Translations under genes and position numbers: made by a program
The notes under the pieces: generated by a model
What the model was told of the DNA's origin: nothing
Databases searched by the model: none
The model's input: the letters and a program-made list of their open reading frames with translations, nothing else
Shown here: positions 35,602-45,138 of the stretch, one piece after another
Numbering within the stretch: the stretch's first letter is position 1
How the letters are laid out: every line of letters begins with the position of its first letter
Assembly: GCA_964386465.1 (NCBI GenBank)
Contig: CAYLTU010000002.1
Coordinates: forward strand, 1 to 55,061
Source: an uncultured Rhodospirillaceae bacterium
GTDB taxonomy: Bacteria; Pseudomonadota; Alphaproteobacteria; UBA8366; GCA-2717185
Direction of reading: 5' to 3'
Length of the DNA: 55,061 nucleotides

Positions 35602-37134
35602 ATGGCGGAAGCGAAGCGTCGGACTAGAGAGTTGAAATCAGTGACGGACGACAAAGCGATCGCGGCGACGGCAATTGGCAAGGCTGCGGCGGCCGAACAC
35701 CGCCTTTACAATCTGGGCCGGCTGGTATCCGCCTGGATTTGGGAAACCGACGCGGAGTTTCGCCTGACCGACGTGTCCTATCGCGTGTTCGATATGCTCG
35801 GCCTGCACCCGCAGGAACTGATTGGCCGGCGGCTCCGGGATATCGGATCTTTCGTGACCTTGGAGGACTTTCCGGCCGGGGGCGAAAGCCAGTCGACCTT
35901 TCGCGACGTCTTCTTCGAAGTACCGAACCGGGAAGGGCAGAAGCGCTTATTCCTGGTCAGTGGCCTTCCCGTATACGATCAGGATACGGGCGAATTCCGC
36001 GGTATGCAGGGCATTGCCGAGGACGTGACCCGGCATCCCAGGGCCGATGCGGAGTTCGAAAAGCTCTTCGAGTCGCTGGAACAGAGCCTCGTTCTCGTGA
36101 TGATCGCCAATTCCGAAGGCGAGATCGAATATGCGAACGAGAAGTTTCAGGAGGCTACCGGCTATAACCTTGAGGAACTGAAACGGATTTCGCCCTGGAA
36201 CCTCGTCGACATGAAAAAGGACGAGCGCGAACAAAAGCTTGAGCACATCCGCGAGGGCAATGAATGGATCGGCGAGTCCCACTATCGCCGCAAGAACGGT
36301 GCCTTGTTCTGGGCCGCGGAACGAATTTCGCCGATCCCCGCACAGGATGGCGGGATCGATCGCCTGTTATGGGTGATCGAAGATAAGACGGCGCGGCGGG
36401 TTTACAGCACCCATCTTCAAAATCGCGCCGATCCCGAACTTTTCACCGACATGCCGAGCCGCATCCGCAACGCGGTGTTCCTGGTCCTCTCGAGCGAAAA
36501 CTGTCTGATGGCGAAGCTGCAGGTCGAGAATTTGGCGCTGGACGACGCGCTGAACAGGCTGCCGCTCGGCATGATTGTCGTCGATGCGTTCGCAAGACCT
36601 ATCCGCATGAACCGGGCTGCAAAGGCGATCCTGGACGCCGACGACGGCCTGTCGCTAGGCCGCGACGGTTTGCAGGGCGAATCGGACGGCCAGCTGATCA
36701 AACTGAAGGATGTCATCTGGCGCGCCGGTCGAATCAAAAAAGGCAAAAAGGACGATGACACTGGCGCGATCGCGCTGGAAAGGCCTTCGGGCGACCGGCC
36801 GCTTTCGCTGGTCGTCACGTCGTTGCGGACGGAATCGCATTATTTCGACAAGGACCGGCCGGCTGCCCTGATTTTCCTCGGCGATCCGGAGACCCATCCG
36901 GAGTTCGACGAAGACCGGCTTAGCAGGCTGTACGGGCTGACCAGGGCCGAAGCGCGTTTGGCGGCGCTGCTGGCACAAGACCTGAGTCTCGCGGACGCAG
37001 CCGACGAGCTGTCGGTCAGCCAGCATACCGTGCGGACCCATGTGAAGCGGATTTTTTCCAAGACGACCACGGAGCGGCAATCCGGCCTGATCCGGCTCCT
37101 GCTTAGCGGCCCCGCGTCCGTTAGCCCCGATTGA
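35602..37134 (+). CDS. PAS-domain sensor / LuxR-family (GerE HTH) transcriptional regulator
   Basis: Two PAS-like segments (WIWETDAEFRLTDVSYRVFDMLG... and IANSEGEIEYANEKFQEATGY...YRRKNGALFWAAERISPI). C-terminal HTH: LTRAEARLAALLAQDLSLADAADELSVSQHTVRTHVKRIFSKT. Confidence 0.85.
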   Translation: MAEAKRRTRELKSVTDDKAIAATAIGKAAAAEHRLYNLGRLVSAWIWETDAEFRLTDVSYRVFDMLGLHPQELIGRRLRDIGSFVTLEDFPAGGESQSTFRDVFFEVPNREGQKRLFLVSGLPVYDQDTGEFRGMQGIAEDVTRHPRADAEFEKLFESLEQSLVLVMIANSEGEIEYANEKFQEATGYNLEELKRISPWNLVDMKKDEREQKLEHIREGNEWIGESHYRRKNGALFWAAERISPIPAQDGGIDRLLWVIEDKTARRVYSTHLQNRADPELFTDMPSRIRNAVFLVLSSENCLMAKLQVENLALDDALNRLPLGMIVVDAFARPIRMNRAAKAILDADDGLSLGRDGLQGESDGQLIKLKDVIWRAGRIKKGKKDDDTGAIALERPSGDRPLSLVVTSLRTESHYFDKDRPAALIFLGDPETHPEFDEDRLSRLYGLTRAEARLAALLAQDLSLADAADELSVSQHTVRTHVKRIFSKTTTERQSGLIRLLLSGPASVSPD

Positions 37135-37829
37135 GCGTCCCGCCGAAATCGGCGGTGGCCGCGTTTTTCGACCGCGAAGCCGATACCTGGGATGGGGCGC
37201 ACGGTCCGGAGTCCGGACGGGCCGGTGAGTTCGCTGCCCGCGCCGCGTATCTGCGGGCCCTGTGCGGAATGCTCGGCAAGCCGACCGTCATCGATCTCGG
37301 TTGCGGAACTGGACGCCAGTTGATCGATCTCGCCGACCAGATCGAGGCGGGAGTCGGGCTCGACCTGTCGCCGGAGATGGTCGCGCGCGCGGAAGCGAAC
37401 GCGGCGCGCCTCGGCGCCGATGCGAAGATCGTTTTCCGGACCGGCGATACCGCGTCGGCCCGGCCGGAACAACTCGGCCGGTTCGGGCTCGCGCTCTTCG
37501 TCGGTTCCCTGGAGCACGCGCCCGATCAGGCCGCCCTGCTCGCCGCGGCGGCAGGCCTCCTCGAACCGCAAGGCCGTCTCGTCGTCATCATGCCGCACCC
37601 TCGCAATCCCGGCGTCCTGCTTGCGTGCAGGGGCGGCGCCGTGCCGCAAGGCGTGCCGCTTCGTCATCTCACGCCGCGTGCGTTGGCGGCGCTCGGTCGC
37701 ACTGTCGGATTGCGGATGGAGACGGTAAGCGGTCTACCCTACCGGGCATCCGGAGCGGTGCTTGCCGCGGCCGTTCGGCGCTGGCCCCTTGTCGCCGGCG
37801 CCTATGCCGCGCGCTTTGCGCTCGCTTGA
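37131..37829 (+). CDS. Class I SAM-dependent methyltransferase
   Basis: Motif I VIDLGCGTGRQ followed by GLDLSPEMV. The TTG start at 37131 overlaps the regulator's stop; an alternative GTG lies at 37155. Confidence 0.8.
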   Translation: MSVPPKSAVAAFFDREADTWDGAHGPESGRAGEFAARAAYLRALCGMLGKPTVIDLGCGTGRQLIDLADQIEAGVGLDLSPEMVARAEANAARLGADAKIVFRTGDTASARPEQLGRFGLALFVGSLEHAPDQAALLAAAAGLLEPQGRLVVIMPHPRNPGVLLACRGGAVPQGVPLRHLTPRALAALGRTVGLRMETVSGLPYRASGAVLAAAVRRWPLVAGAYAARFALA

Positions 37830-37889
37830 CAAGCGCCGACGTCGAATGGCTTCATCGCCCTGCATAAACTGCGGTCGAGGGAGGGTCGA

Positions 37890-38084
37890 ATGAGCGGAAA
37901 GGACAATACCGAGGCTTTGAAAGCGGCGCGCGTCGCCGGTCTCCACCGGATGGCGGAAAATTTCCCCGACGATGTCGTCCGTGCCTTCGAGTTCGCCAAA
38001 TCCCTGCGCAATCGGATGACAATCGATGTCGCGCCGTCCGACGAACCCGCGCATGTCTATCGCGCCGGCGGAGGCGGCCAATGA
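37890..38084 (+). CDS. 64-aa AtzG/GatC-like small protein (DUF4089-like), translationally coupled to the amidase
   Basis: SD GGAGGG lies 7 nt upstream of the ATG. The stop TGA (38082-38084) overlaps the amidase ATG at 38081 (ATGA). The C-terminal ...APSDEPAHVYRAG resembles the acidic-Pro-Ala tail I recall for AtzG/DUF4089 partners of amidase-signature enzymes. Confidence 0.5.
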   Translation: MSGKDNTEALKAARVAGLHRMAENFPDDVVRAFEFAKSLRNRMTIDVAPSDEPAHVYRAGGGGQ

Positions 38085-39481
38085 CCGATTTTGCCTACCT
38101 GACCATCGCCGAAGCGGCGAAGCTGCTTTACGGCAAGGAAATCTCGCCGGTGGAATATACCCAGGCTCTTCTCGACCGCATCGCGGCGCATGACGGGCCG
38201 CTGCATTCCTTCCTGCATGTCGCGTCCGAGGGGGCCCTCGACGATGCGCGCGACGCCGAAAGCGAAATCATGGCCGGTAATTGGCGCGGCCCGCTGCACG
38301 GCGTGCCTTACGCGCTGAAGGACATTATCGACGCGGCCGGCCTACCGACGACCTGTCACTCGAAGGTCATGCAACGAAACAGCCTGCCCGAAACCGACGC
38401 GGACGTGACGGCCCGTTTCAAGGATGCCGGCGCGGTGCTGGTCGGCAAGACGGCGACGCACGAGTTTGCGATCGGCGGGCCATCCTTCGACTTGCCCTGG
38501 CCGCCGGCGTGTAATCCCTGGAACCCGGCGCACTTCACGGGCGGCTCTTCAAGCGGATCGGGCGCGGCGCTGGCGGCCGGATTCGTGCCGGCCGCGCTTG
38601 GCACCGACACGGGCGGCTCGGTGCGCAACCCGGCATCGATGTGCGGCCTCGTCGGCATGAAGGCGACCTATGGACGGGTCAGCCGGCGCGGTGTCTTCCC
38701 GCTCTCCTTCACCCTGGATCATGTCGGACCGATGACCCGGACGGTCGAGGACAATGCGATCCTGCTCAACATCATTGCCGGGCACGACCCGCAGGACCCG
38801 GGCAGCGCACCCATCGAGAAGCCGGATTTCACGGCGTATCTCGGCCGCGACATCAAGGGCATGCGGATTGGCGTCATCCGGCACTTTTTCGAAACCGACA
38901 TGCAGGCCGATCCGGAGATGGCGAAAGGCATCGAGGACGCGCTTGACGTGCTGCGCGGATTGGGCGCGGAGGTGCGTGACATTAATCTTGCGCCGCTCGA
39001 CCAATACGCCGCCACGAACCGGGTAATCCTTTTATCGGAGGCTTATGCGATCCACGAGAAATGGTTTCAGGATCGACCCGAGGATTACGGTGAATTGGCG
39101 CGGCAGCGGATCATGGGCGGTGCCTTCATCCGGGCGGCGGATTACGTGAATGGAACGCGGGTCAAGGCGCAGTTGGTGCAGGCCTACAACGAGGAGATGG
39201 CGGATTTCGATGTCGCCGTCACAGCGTCCAGCATGGATCCGGCTTGCCTGATCGAGGACAAGGAAGCGACCGAGGCAACGTATGGCCGGCAGGCGCGCGC
39301 ACCCTTCAATGTGCTGGGGGCGCCGGCGCTCGCGGTGCCGACCGGTTTCTCGAAGGCTGGCCTGCCCCTCTCGATGCAGATCGTCGGCAAGGCATTCGAC
39401 GAGGCGGTGATCTATCAGGTCGCGCACGCCTACGAGCAAGCCACCGCCTGGACCGAGCGCCGGCCTTCGCTCGCCGCGTGA
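38081..39481 (+). CDS. Amidase-signature (GatA-like) amidase
   Basis: AS signature GGSSSGSGAALAAGFVPAALGTDTGGSVRNPA. Catalytic Lys context PYALKDII. 466 aa. Confidence 0.92.
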   Translation: MTDFAYLTIAEAAKLLYGKEISPVEYTQALLDRIAAHDGPLHSFLHVASEGALDDARDAESEIMAGNWRGPLHGVPYALKDIIDAAGLPTTCHSKVMQRNSLPETDADVTARFKDAGAVLVGKTATHEFAIGGPSFDLPWPPACNPWNPAHFTGGSSSGSGAALAAGFVPAALGTDTGGSVRNPASMCGLVGMKATYGRVSRRGVFPLSFTLDHVGPMTRTVEDNAILLNIIAGHDPQDPGSAPIEKPDFTAYLGRDIKGMRIGVIRHFFETDMQADPEMAKGIEDALDVLRGLGAEVRDINLAPLDQYAATNRVILLSEAYAIHEKWFQDRPEDYGELARQRIMGGAFIRAADYVNGTRVKAQLVQAYNEEMADFDVAVTASSMDPACLIEDKEATEATYGRQARAPFNVLGAPALAVPTGFSKAGLPLSMQIVGKAFDEAVIYQVAHAYEQATAWTERRPSLAA

Positions 39482-39493
39482 CGGACCGGGTTT

Positions 39494-40558
39494 GTGGAGG
39501 GGCCTTCGTTCAAATCGCGCGACGACGCGGTCAAGCAGGACTGGGACGCCCTCGACCGGCATCTCAATAGCCGTGGCCATGCTCTGACCGGTGACGAGCC
39601 GCCGCGCCAGTTTGCTTCCGGCTTCGGCAATATCAACTATCTGCTCGAGTTGGATGGCGAATTGCGCGTGTTGCGGCGACCGCCGACCGGGCCCGTGCCG
39701 CCGGGCGCGAACGATATGGGCCGGGAGAGCAAGATCCTGACCGGTCTGTGGCGCGAATTTCCACTTGCGCCGAAATGCCTGCTTTTCTGCGACGAAGCGG
39801 CGGTGCTGGGCGCGCCCTTCTTCATCATGGAATACCGGCCGGGCCTGGTGATCGGCGGCGAGATGCCGGACGACGTCGCGACCCGCGGAATGCCGGGGGC
39901 GGCGATCGGCAAGACGCTCGTCACCTTGCTGCACGATCTGCATCGCGTCGACCCGGTGGCGGTTGGGTTGGACGATCTGGGGCGGCCGGAGGGGTTCCGC
40001 GAGCGCACCGCTGCGGGTTGGATCAAACGCGCGCGAATGGCCTGGGATGGCGAGCCGCCATCGGTGGTCGACGAAATAGAGGGTTGGCTCGGCGTCGAAC
40101 GAAAGCTCCCGGAACAGGCCATCGCCTTTCTGCACAACGACTTCAAGCTCGACAATGTGGTGCTCGATTTGGAAAGCCTGGAGCCCGTCGCGGTGCTCGA
40201 CTGGGATATGGGGACGCGCGGGGACCCGCTGGTCGATCTCGGCGCGATGCTGGGTTATTGGACCGAAGCGGGTGACCCGGAGGCGATGCAGCAGCTCAAG
40301 CAGATGCCGACGGCCGGGTACGGCTTTCCGAGTCGCGAGGCGGTCGCCGCCGATTACGCCGCGCGCACCGGCCGAGACCTGTCGGAGTTTAAATGGTACC
40401 GCGTGCTGACCAGCTTCAGGGTCGCTGTCATCTTCCAGCAATTGCACAGGCGCTATCGGGAAGGCGGCGCCGGCGATCCCCGTTTCATGGAATTTGGCAG
40501 ACTGGCGGAGGGCTTGCTCGACTTCAGCCACGAAGTCGCACGAGGCCGCATTTTTTAA
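39494..40558 (+). CDS. Phosphotransferase (APH/choline-kinase-like) family protein
   Basis: GTG start. Blocks: FGNINYLL, FFIMEYRPG, FLHNDFKLDNVVL (Brenner motif HxDxxxxN) and DWDMGTRGDPLVDL. Confidence 0.8.
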   Translation: MEGPSFKSRDDAVKQDWDALDRHLNSRGHALTGDEPPRQFASGFGNINYLLELDGELRVLRRPPTGPVPPGANDMGRESKILTGLWREFPLAPKCLLFCDEAAVLGAPFFIMEYRPGLVIGGEMPDDVATRGMPGAAIGKTLVTLLHDLHRVDPVAVGLDDLGRPEGFRERTAAGWIKRARMAWDGEPPSVVDEIEGWLGVERKLPEQAIAFLHNDFKLDNVVLDLESLEPVAVLDWDMGTRGDPLVDLGAMLGYWTEAGDPEAMQQLKQMPTAGYGFPSREAVAADYAARTGRDLSEFKWYRVLTSFRVAVIFQQLHRRYREGGAGDPRFMEFGRLAEGLLDFSHEVARGRIF

Positions 40559-42378
40559 CCGATCAAACCGCCATCGTTCTTCGTGACGGCGACGACTGCC
40601 GAGCGCGGCGTTGTATCGCCGCCGTCCGGGAAATGGCTGCCGCCCTGATCGCCCGGATGCTGGATGCCGACGAACAAGGTCTTGCGGTCGGGGCTCCAGG
40701 TGAGGCCGGTAACTTCACATTCCCGAGGCCCGACGAGGAATCGCCGGATTTCTCCCGTATCGGGATCGCCAACGAGCATCTGATTGTTGCCCATGCCGGC
40801 GAAGTCGCCCTTGTTGCCGGTATCGCCGTCCGTCTGGATCCACAGCAAGCCGTTCGCGTCGAAGGCCAGCCCATCCGGCGAATTGAACATATTGTCGGCC
40901 GTCACGTTCTTCGAGCCACCCTTGCTATCGCTATGAACAGTTGGGTTTCCGGCGAGCACGAACAGGTCCCAGGCGAACCCGGCGCTTTCGTGATCGCCTT
41001 CGTCCGGGGCCCAGCGCACAATCTGGCCGTACTTGTTACCAGCGCGCGGGTTGGGACCGCCGACCGGCGTTTCGTCGCCGCCTTTGTTCGGCATCTTGCC
41101 GCGATGCTTATTGTTGGTCAGTGCGCAATAGACCTCGGCCTTTCTCGGGTTCGCCGCGACCCACTCCGGCCGGTCCATCGTCGTCGCGCCCACGGCCGAG
41201 GCGGCCTGGCGCGTGTGGATGCAGATTTCCGCCTGCGAGCTCATGCCGGTCGCGGCGGGCGTCAGTTCGAGCCATCTGCCGCGATTATCGCGCTCGAACT
41301 TGGCGGCGAACAGGCTGCCGTTTTCGAGAAGGTCGGTGTTGTCGCCGCCTTCGATATATTTGCCGGCACTGACGAATTTGTAGAGATACTCACCCCGCTC
41401 GTCGTCGCCCATATAGACCACGACCTTGCCGCTGCCGGCCAGGGTGAGTTCCGCGTTCTCGTGCTTGAAGCGGCCCAGCGCGGTGCGTTTCCTGGGCGTT
41501 GAGGCCGGGTCGAGCGGATCGATCTCGACGACATAGCCTACGCGGTTCGGCTCGTTGGGATGTTTTGCGATATCGAATCGCTCGTCGGTCGTCGCCCAGC
41601 CATTGTCGGCTCTTTTTCTGACCACGCCATAGCGCGCTAAATCAGGTCCGGGAACATATCCTTGTTCACCAACCGAAAACGCGTAGTCGAAATTCTCTTC
41701 GCAGGACAAATAGGTGCCCCAGGGCGTGTGTCCGCAACCGCAGTTGCTCCATGTTCCACGCGTCAGCGTACCGGTGGGGTCGCCCGATGTTTTGAGCAAG
41801 TCGTGGCCGCGGGCCGGGCCAGTAATCCGCATTGGGGTGTCAGCCGTAATGCGCCGGTTGTAGGACGAATCCATGACGACTGACCATCTGCCGTCGCGTT
41901 GGGCGATTTCGCAAATGGCAACGCCGTTGCCGGCCATGCTTTTTCTGACGTCGTCGGCGTTCGCCGGGCGCGTGAATATCCGGTTGGCGAAGATGATGTC
42001 GCGGTTCACATATTCATGATTGACCGCGATGATAGTTCGCTTGCCCTTTGCGAATAAGTACATGCCGTCATTGTTGTCGCCGAAGGCCAGTTCCTGACTT
42101 TCACCGGTGCCTCGGCTCTCGTGATCGAATGGCACGCCGTTCGACCAGAGCGGATCGCCCCACCTGACGACAACATGCCAGCTGTAGCCCTCCGGAACCG
42201 TGACGGTATCGTGCTTATTGGCCGCCACCGGGTCGAAGTTGAGACGGCTGTCGGCTTGCAACCCTTGTGCTGTTCCGCCCATCACGAAGGCCGTCGCGCC
42301 GAACGCGACGCCGCCGGCAAGGACGCGCCGCCGGGAAATCAGGCTTTCCGCGAGCTTTTCGAAGTCGGTTTTCTTCAT
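40555..42378 (-). CDS. phoX: PhoX-family alkaline phosphatase (Tat-secreted)
   Basis: Twin-arginine leader SRRRVLAGGVAFGATAF. Beta-propeller PhoX/DUF839 blocks include NCGCGHTPWGTYLSCEEN, MDRPEWVAANP, FNSPDGLAFD and QHPG. Confidence 0.9.
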   Translation of the reverse strand: MKKTDFEKLAESLISRRRVLAGGVAFGATAFVMGGTAQGLQADSRLNFDPVAANKHDTVTVPEGYSWHVVVRWGDPLWSNGVPFDHESRGTGESQELAFGDNNDGMYLFAKGKRTIIAVNHEYVNRDIIFANRIFTRPANADDVRKSMAGNGVAICEIAQRDGRWSVVMDSSYNRRITADTPMRITGPARGHDLLKTSGDPTGTLTRGTWSNCGCGHTPWGTYLSCEENFDYAFSVGEQGYVPGPDLARYGVVRKRADNGWATTDERFDIAKHPNEPNRVGYVVEIDPLDPASTPRKRTALGRFKHENAELTLAGSGKVVVYMGDDERGEYLYKFVSAGKYIEGGDNTDLLENGSLFAAKFERDNRGRWLELTPAATGMSSQAEICIHTRQAASAVGATTMDRPEWVAANPRKAEVYCALTNNKHRGKMPNKGGDETPVGGPNPRAGNKYGQIVRWAPDEGDHESAGFAWDLFVLAGNPTVHSDSKGGSKNVTADNMFNSPDGLAFDANGLLWIQTDGDTGNKGDFAGMGNNQMLVGDPDTGEIRRFLVGPRECEVTGLTWSPDRKTLFVGIQHPGDQGGSHFPDGGDTTPRSAVVAVTKNDGGLIG

Positions 42379-42587
42379 CGATACGTTGTTGCCATCGTCG
42401 GAAATGTTTCCCGCGGTTTTCCGCCCTACGCGATCTCCTCGGAACGGCCGCGTACAAACAAGAAGCGCTTAGCCGAGGCCGGACCTTGCATATTTCGATT
42501 ATACGGTTGTCCTTCGACGCTTTTGTAACGAATTGCGCTCGCCGCCGCTTGCGGTAACATGCAGCGCCGCCAGGAAAGGGAAATTGT

Positions 42588-43997
42588 ATGTCCGGTATGC
42601 TTCACCAGCCCATTCAAGCGATTGCTGCAGCACTCCGCGCCGGGAAGGTAACGAGCGTCGAACTCGCCCAGGAAGCGATCGACAACCACGGCCGCTGGGG
42701 TACATCGCTCGGCGCCTACAAATGCCGCAAGGACGATCGTTTCCTCGCCGAAGCGCGGGCGGCCGACGCTGCATTCGCCGCCGGGCTCGATTTCGGTTCG
42801 CTGCAGGGCATCCCGGTTTCGGTCAAGGATTTGTACGGCGTGTCCGGCTACCAGACCTTCGCCGGCAGCCCCGCGGCATTGCCTGAGAAATGGGAAATGG
42901 AAGGGCCGGTCGTCGGCGCGTTGCGCGGGTCGCTGGCGCCGGTTGCGGGCAAGACCCATACGGTCGAATTCGCATTCGGCGGCATCGGCACCAACGCCCA
43001 TTGGGGAACGCCGCGCAATCCCTGGGATGCGGGGGCACATCGCGTGCCTGGCGGGTCGAGCGCCGGCGCCGGGGTCAGCCTGTGCGAAGGATCGGCCTTG
43101 CTGGCGCTGGGCAGCGACACGGCGGGATCGGTGCGCGTGCCGGCGAGCTTTACCGGCAATGTCGGTGTCAAGACGAGCTTCGGACGCTGGTCGGTCGAGG
43201 GCATCGTACCGCTGAGCCCCAGCCTGGATACCGCCGGCGTGCTGGCCCGGAATGTCGCCGACGCGATTTTGGCTTTCGCGGCAATCGATCCGCTGAGCGA
43301 CGTGCCCGGCGAGGCGCTGCTGGCGGGGTTCGGTGATATCGCCGCCGCGGACATCCATATCGGCGTCTGCGATCATTTCTTCGAAGACTGCGATCCCGGT
43401 GTCGCCGAAGGCGTGCAGGCGGCGCTCGATGAGTTGGCGGCGGCGGGCGCCCGAATTACCGCCATCGACCTGCCGGAAGCCGCCGCTGCCGACGAAATAT
43501 TCCTACAGGGCGGTCTCGCGGCGCCGGAGTTCGCCGCGTTCATCAATGGCGAGATGGCCGAGCGCAAGGCGACGTTGGACCCGAATGTCGCGGCCCGTTT
43601 CGACAGCATGGAGGCGATCACCGCGGTGGATTACCTGCTTCGCCGCGACCGGCTGCGTGAACTGGCCGCGTCGCTCGAGGACCGCATGGCGGAGATCGAT
43701 GTCGTGGTCGGGCCGACGGTGCCGATCACGCCGCCTACCGTGGACGCGGTCGCCGACGGCGATGGTTACCGCACACACAATATGGGCGCCCTGCGGAATA
43801 CGCGGACGGGGAATATGCTGGCCCTTTCCGCGGTAACGATACCGGTCGCGCTGGACGCGGCGGGCATGCCGGTCGGCTTGCAGGTCATGGCGCCGCTGGA
43901 CGAGGACGAGCGCGCGCTCGCCGTCGCCCTCGCCTTCGAGAACGTTCTGGGCGACCGGGCGCATCGGCTGGGCGAACCGCCGATGTGCAAGGGTTAG
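42588..43997 (+). CDS. Amidase-signature amidase (second copy, divergent sequence)
   Basis: AS signature GGSSAGAGVSLCEGSALLALGSDTAGSVRVPA. Lys context PVSVKDLY. 469 aa. Confidence 0.9.
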   Translation: MSGMLHQPIQAIAAALRAGKVTSVELAQEAIDNHGRWGTSLGAYKCRKDDRFLAEARAADAAFAAGLDFGSLQGIPVSVKDLYGVSGYQTFAGSPAALPEKWEMEGPVVGALRGSLAPVAGKTHTVEFAFGGIGTNAHWGTPRNPWDAGAHRVPGGSSAGAGVSLCEGSALLALGSDTAGSVRVPASFTGNVGVKTSFGRWSVEGIVPLSPSLDTAGVLARNVADAILAFAAIDPLSDVPGEALLAGFGDIAAADIHIGVCDHFFEDCDPGVAEGVQAALDELAAAGARITAIDLPEAAAADEIFLQGGLAAPEFAAFINGEMAERKATLDPNVAARFDSMEAITAVDYLLRRDRLRELAASLEDRMAEIDVVVGPTVPITPPTVDAVADGDGYRTHNMGALRNTRTGNMLALSAVTIPVALDAAGMPVGLQVMAPLDEDERALAVALAFENVLGDRAHRLGEPPMCKG

Positions 43998-44007
43998 GCT
44001 CCTAGTC

Positions 44008-45138
44008 GTGGCGGAAATCGCGGATGTGGTTATCGTCGGCGGCGGCCTGCACGGCTGTTCGACGGCGCTGCATCTGGCCCGGCGCGGCGTTAAGCCCCTT
44101 GTCATCGAAAAGGACCATGTCGGCCGGCACGCATCCGGCGTCAATGCCGGCGGCGTCCGGCGGTTGGGCCGCGATTTCGCCGAAATTCCATTGTCGGTCG
44201 CCTCGATGGAACTTTGGCATGGCATTGAAGATCTGGTCGACGACGACTGCGGATTTCACGCCACCGGTCAGGTCAAAATTGCGGAATCCGAAGAGGAACT
44301 CGACGCATTATCCGAGCGTGCGCGGCGCGTGCGCGAACTCGGGTACGAACACGAAGCCATCGTCGACAAGGAAACATTGTTCGATTTATTGCCAGCCGCG
44401 GCGCCCCACTGCGTGGGCGGAATGCATGTCGCGGGTGACGGTTACGCCGATCCGGCGCGGACGACGGCTTCCTTTCGCCGAAAAGGCGAATCGCTTGGCG
44501 TTCGCTTCTTTGAAGGGGTTACGGCAACCGGTTTTCGACGAGAAAACGGAATCTGGCTAGTTACGACCGACGCGGGCGTCTTCGAGGCGCCCGTGCTGGT
44601 CAATTGCGGCGGCGGCTGGGCCGATCGGGTCACGGCCTCGCTGGGCGAATTCGTCCCGCTGGAAGTTGTCGCCCTTATGATGATGGTGACCGCGCCGATG
44701 CCGCCGTTCGTCGAACCCGTGGTCGGCTCCCAGGGACGCAACTTTTCGTTCAAGCAGTCGACAAACGGCACGGTCATCATCGGCGGCGGCCATCGCGGGA
44801 CGCCCTATCGCGACGAAAATCGGACCGTCATCGATTTCGGCGGGCTTGCGATCAGCGCCCGGACGACCAGCGCTCTGTTCCCGATCATGGCGGAGGCCAG
44901 CCTCCTGCGCAGCTGGGCCGGTATGGAGGCCTTTACGCCGGACGGGATACCCGTCATCGGACCCAGCGCGGTGGCCGAGGATGCGTATCACGCGTTCGGT
45001 TATTGCGGGCATGGGTTTCAACTCGGACCCATCGTCGGCAGCCTGATCGCCGACCTCGTGACCAGCGGCAACACCAACCTGCCGATCGAACCGTTTCGGA
45101 TCGATCGTTTCGCCAACACAACGGAGAACGAACAGTGA
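44008..45138 (+). CDS. FAD-dependent oxidoreductase, DAO family
   Basis: GTG start. Dinucleotide fold DVVIVGGGLHGCSTALHLARRG. C-terminal block FGYCGHGFQLGPIVG. Confidence 0.88.
   Translation: MAEIADVVIVGGGLHGCSTALHLARRGVKPLVIEKDHVGRHASGVNAGGVRRLGRDFAEIPLSVASMELWHGIEDLVDDDCGFHATGQVKIAESEEELDALSERARRVRELGYEHEAIVDKETLFDLLPAAAPHCVGGMHVAGDGYADPARTTASFRRKGESLGVRFFEGVTATGFRRENGIWLVTTDAGVFEAPVLVNCGGGWADRVTASLGEFVPLEVVALMMMVTAPMPPFVEPVVGSQGRNFSFKQSTNGTVIIGGGHRGTPYRDENRTVIDFGGLAISARTTSALFPIMAEASLLRSWAGMEAFTPDGIPVIGPSAVAEDAYHAFGYCGHGFQLGPIVGSLIADLVTSGNTNLPIEPFRIDRFANTTENEQ

Noticed and set aside
42498-42528. Minus-strand TATAAT (42498-42503) with TTACAA (42523-42528) as the phoX promoter, and a search for a Pho box.
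   Set aside because: The spacer is 19 nt, which is outside the usual 16-18 nt. I could not find a convincing CTGTCAT-type direct repeat. The evidence is too weak to report as a feature.
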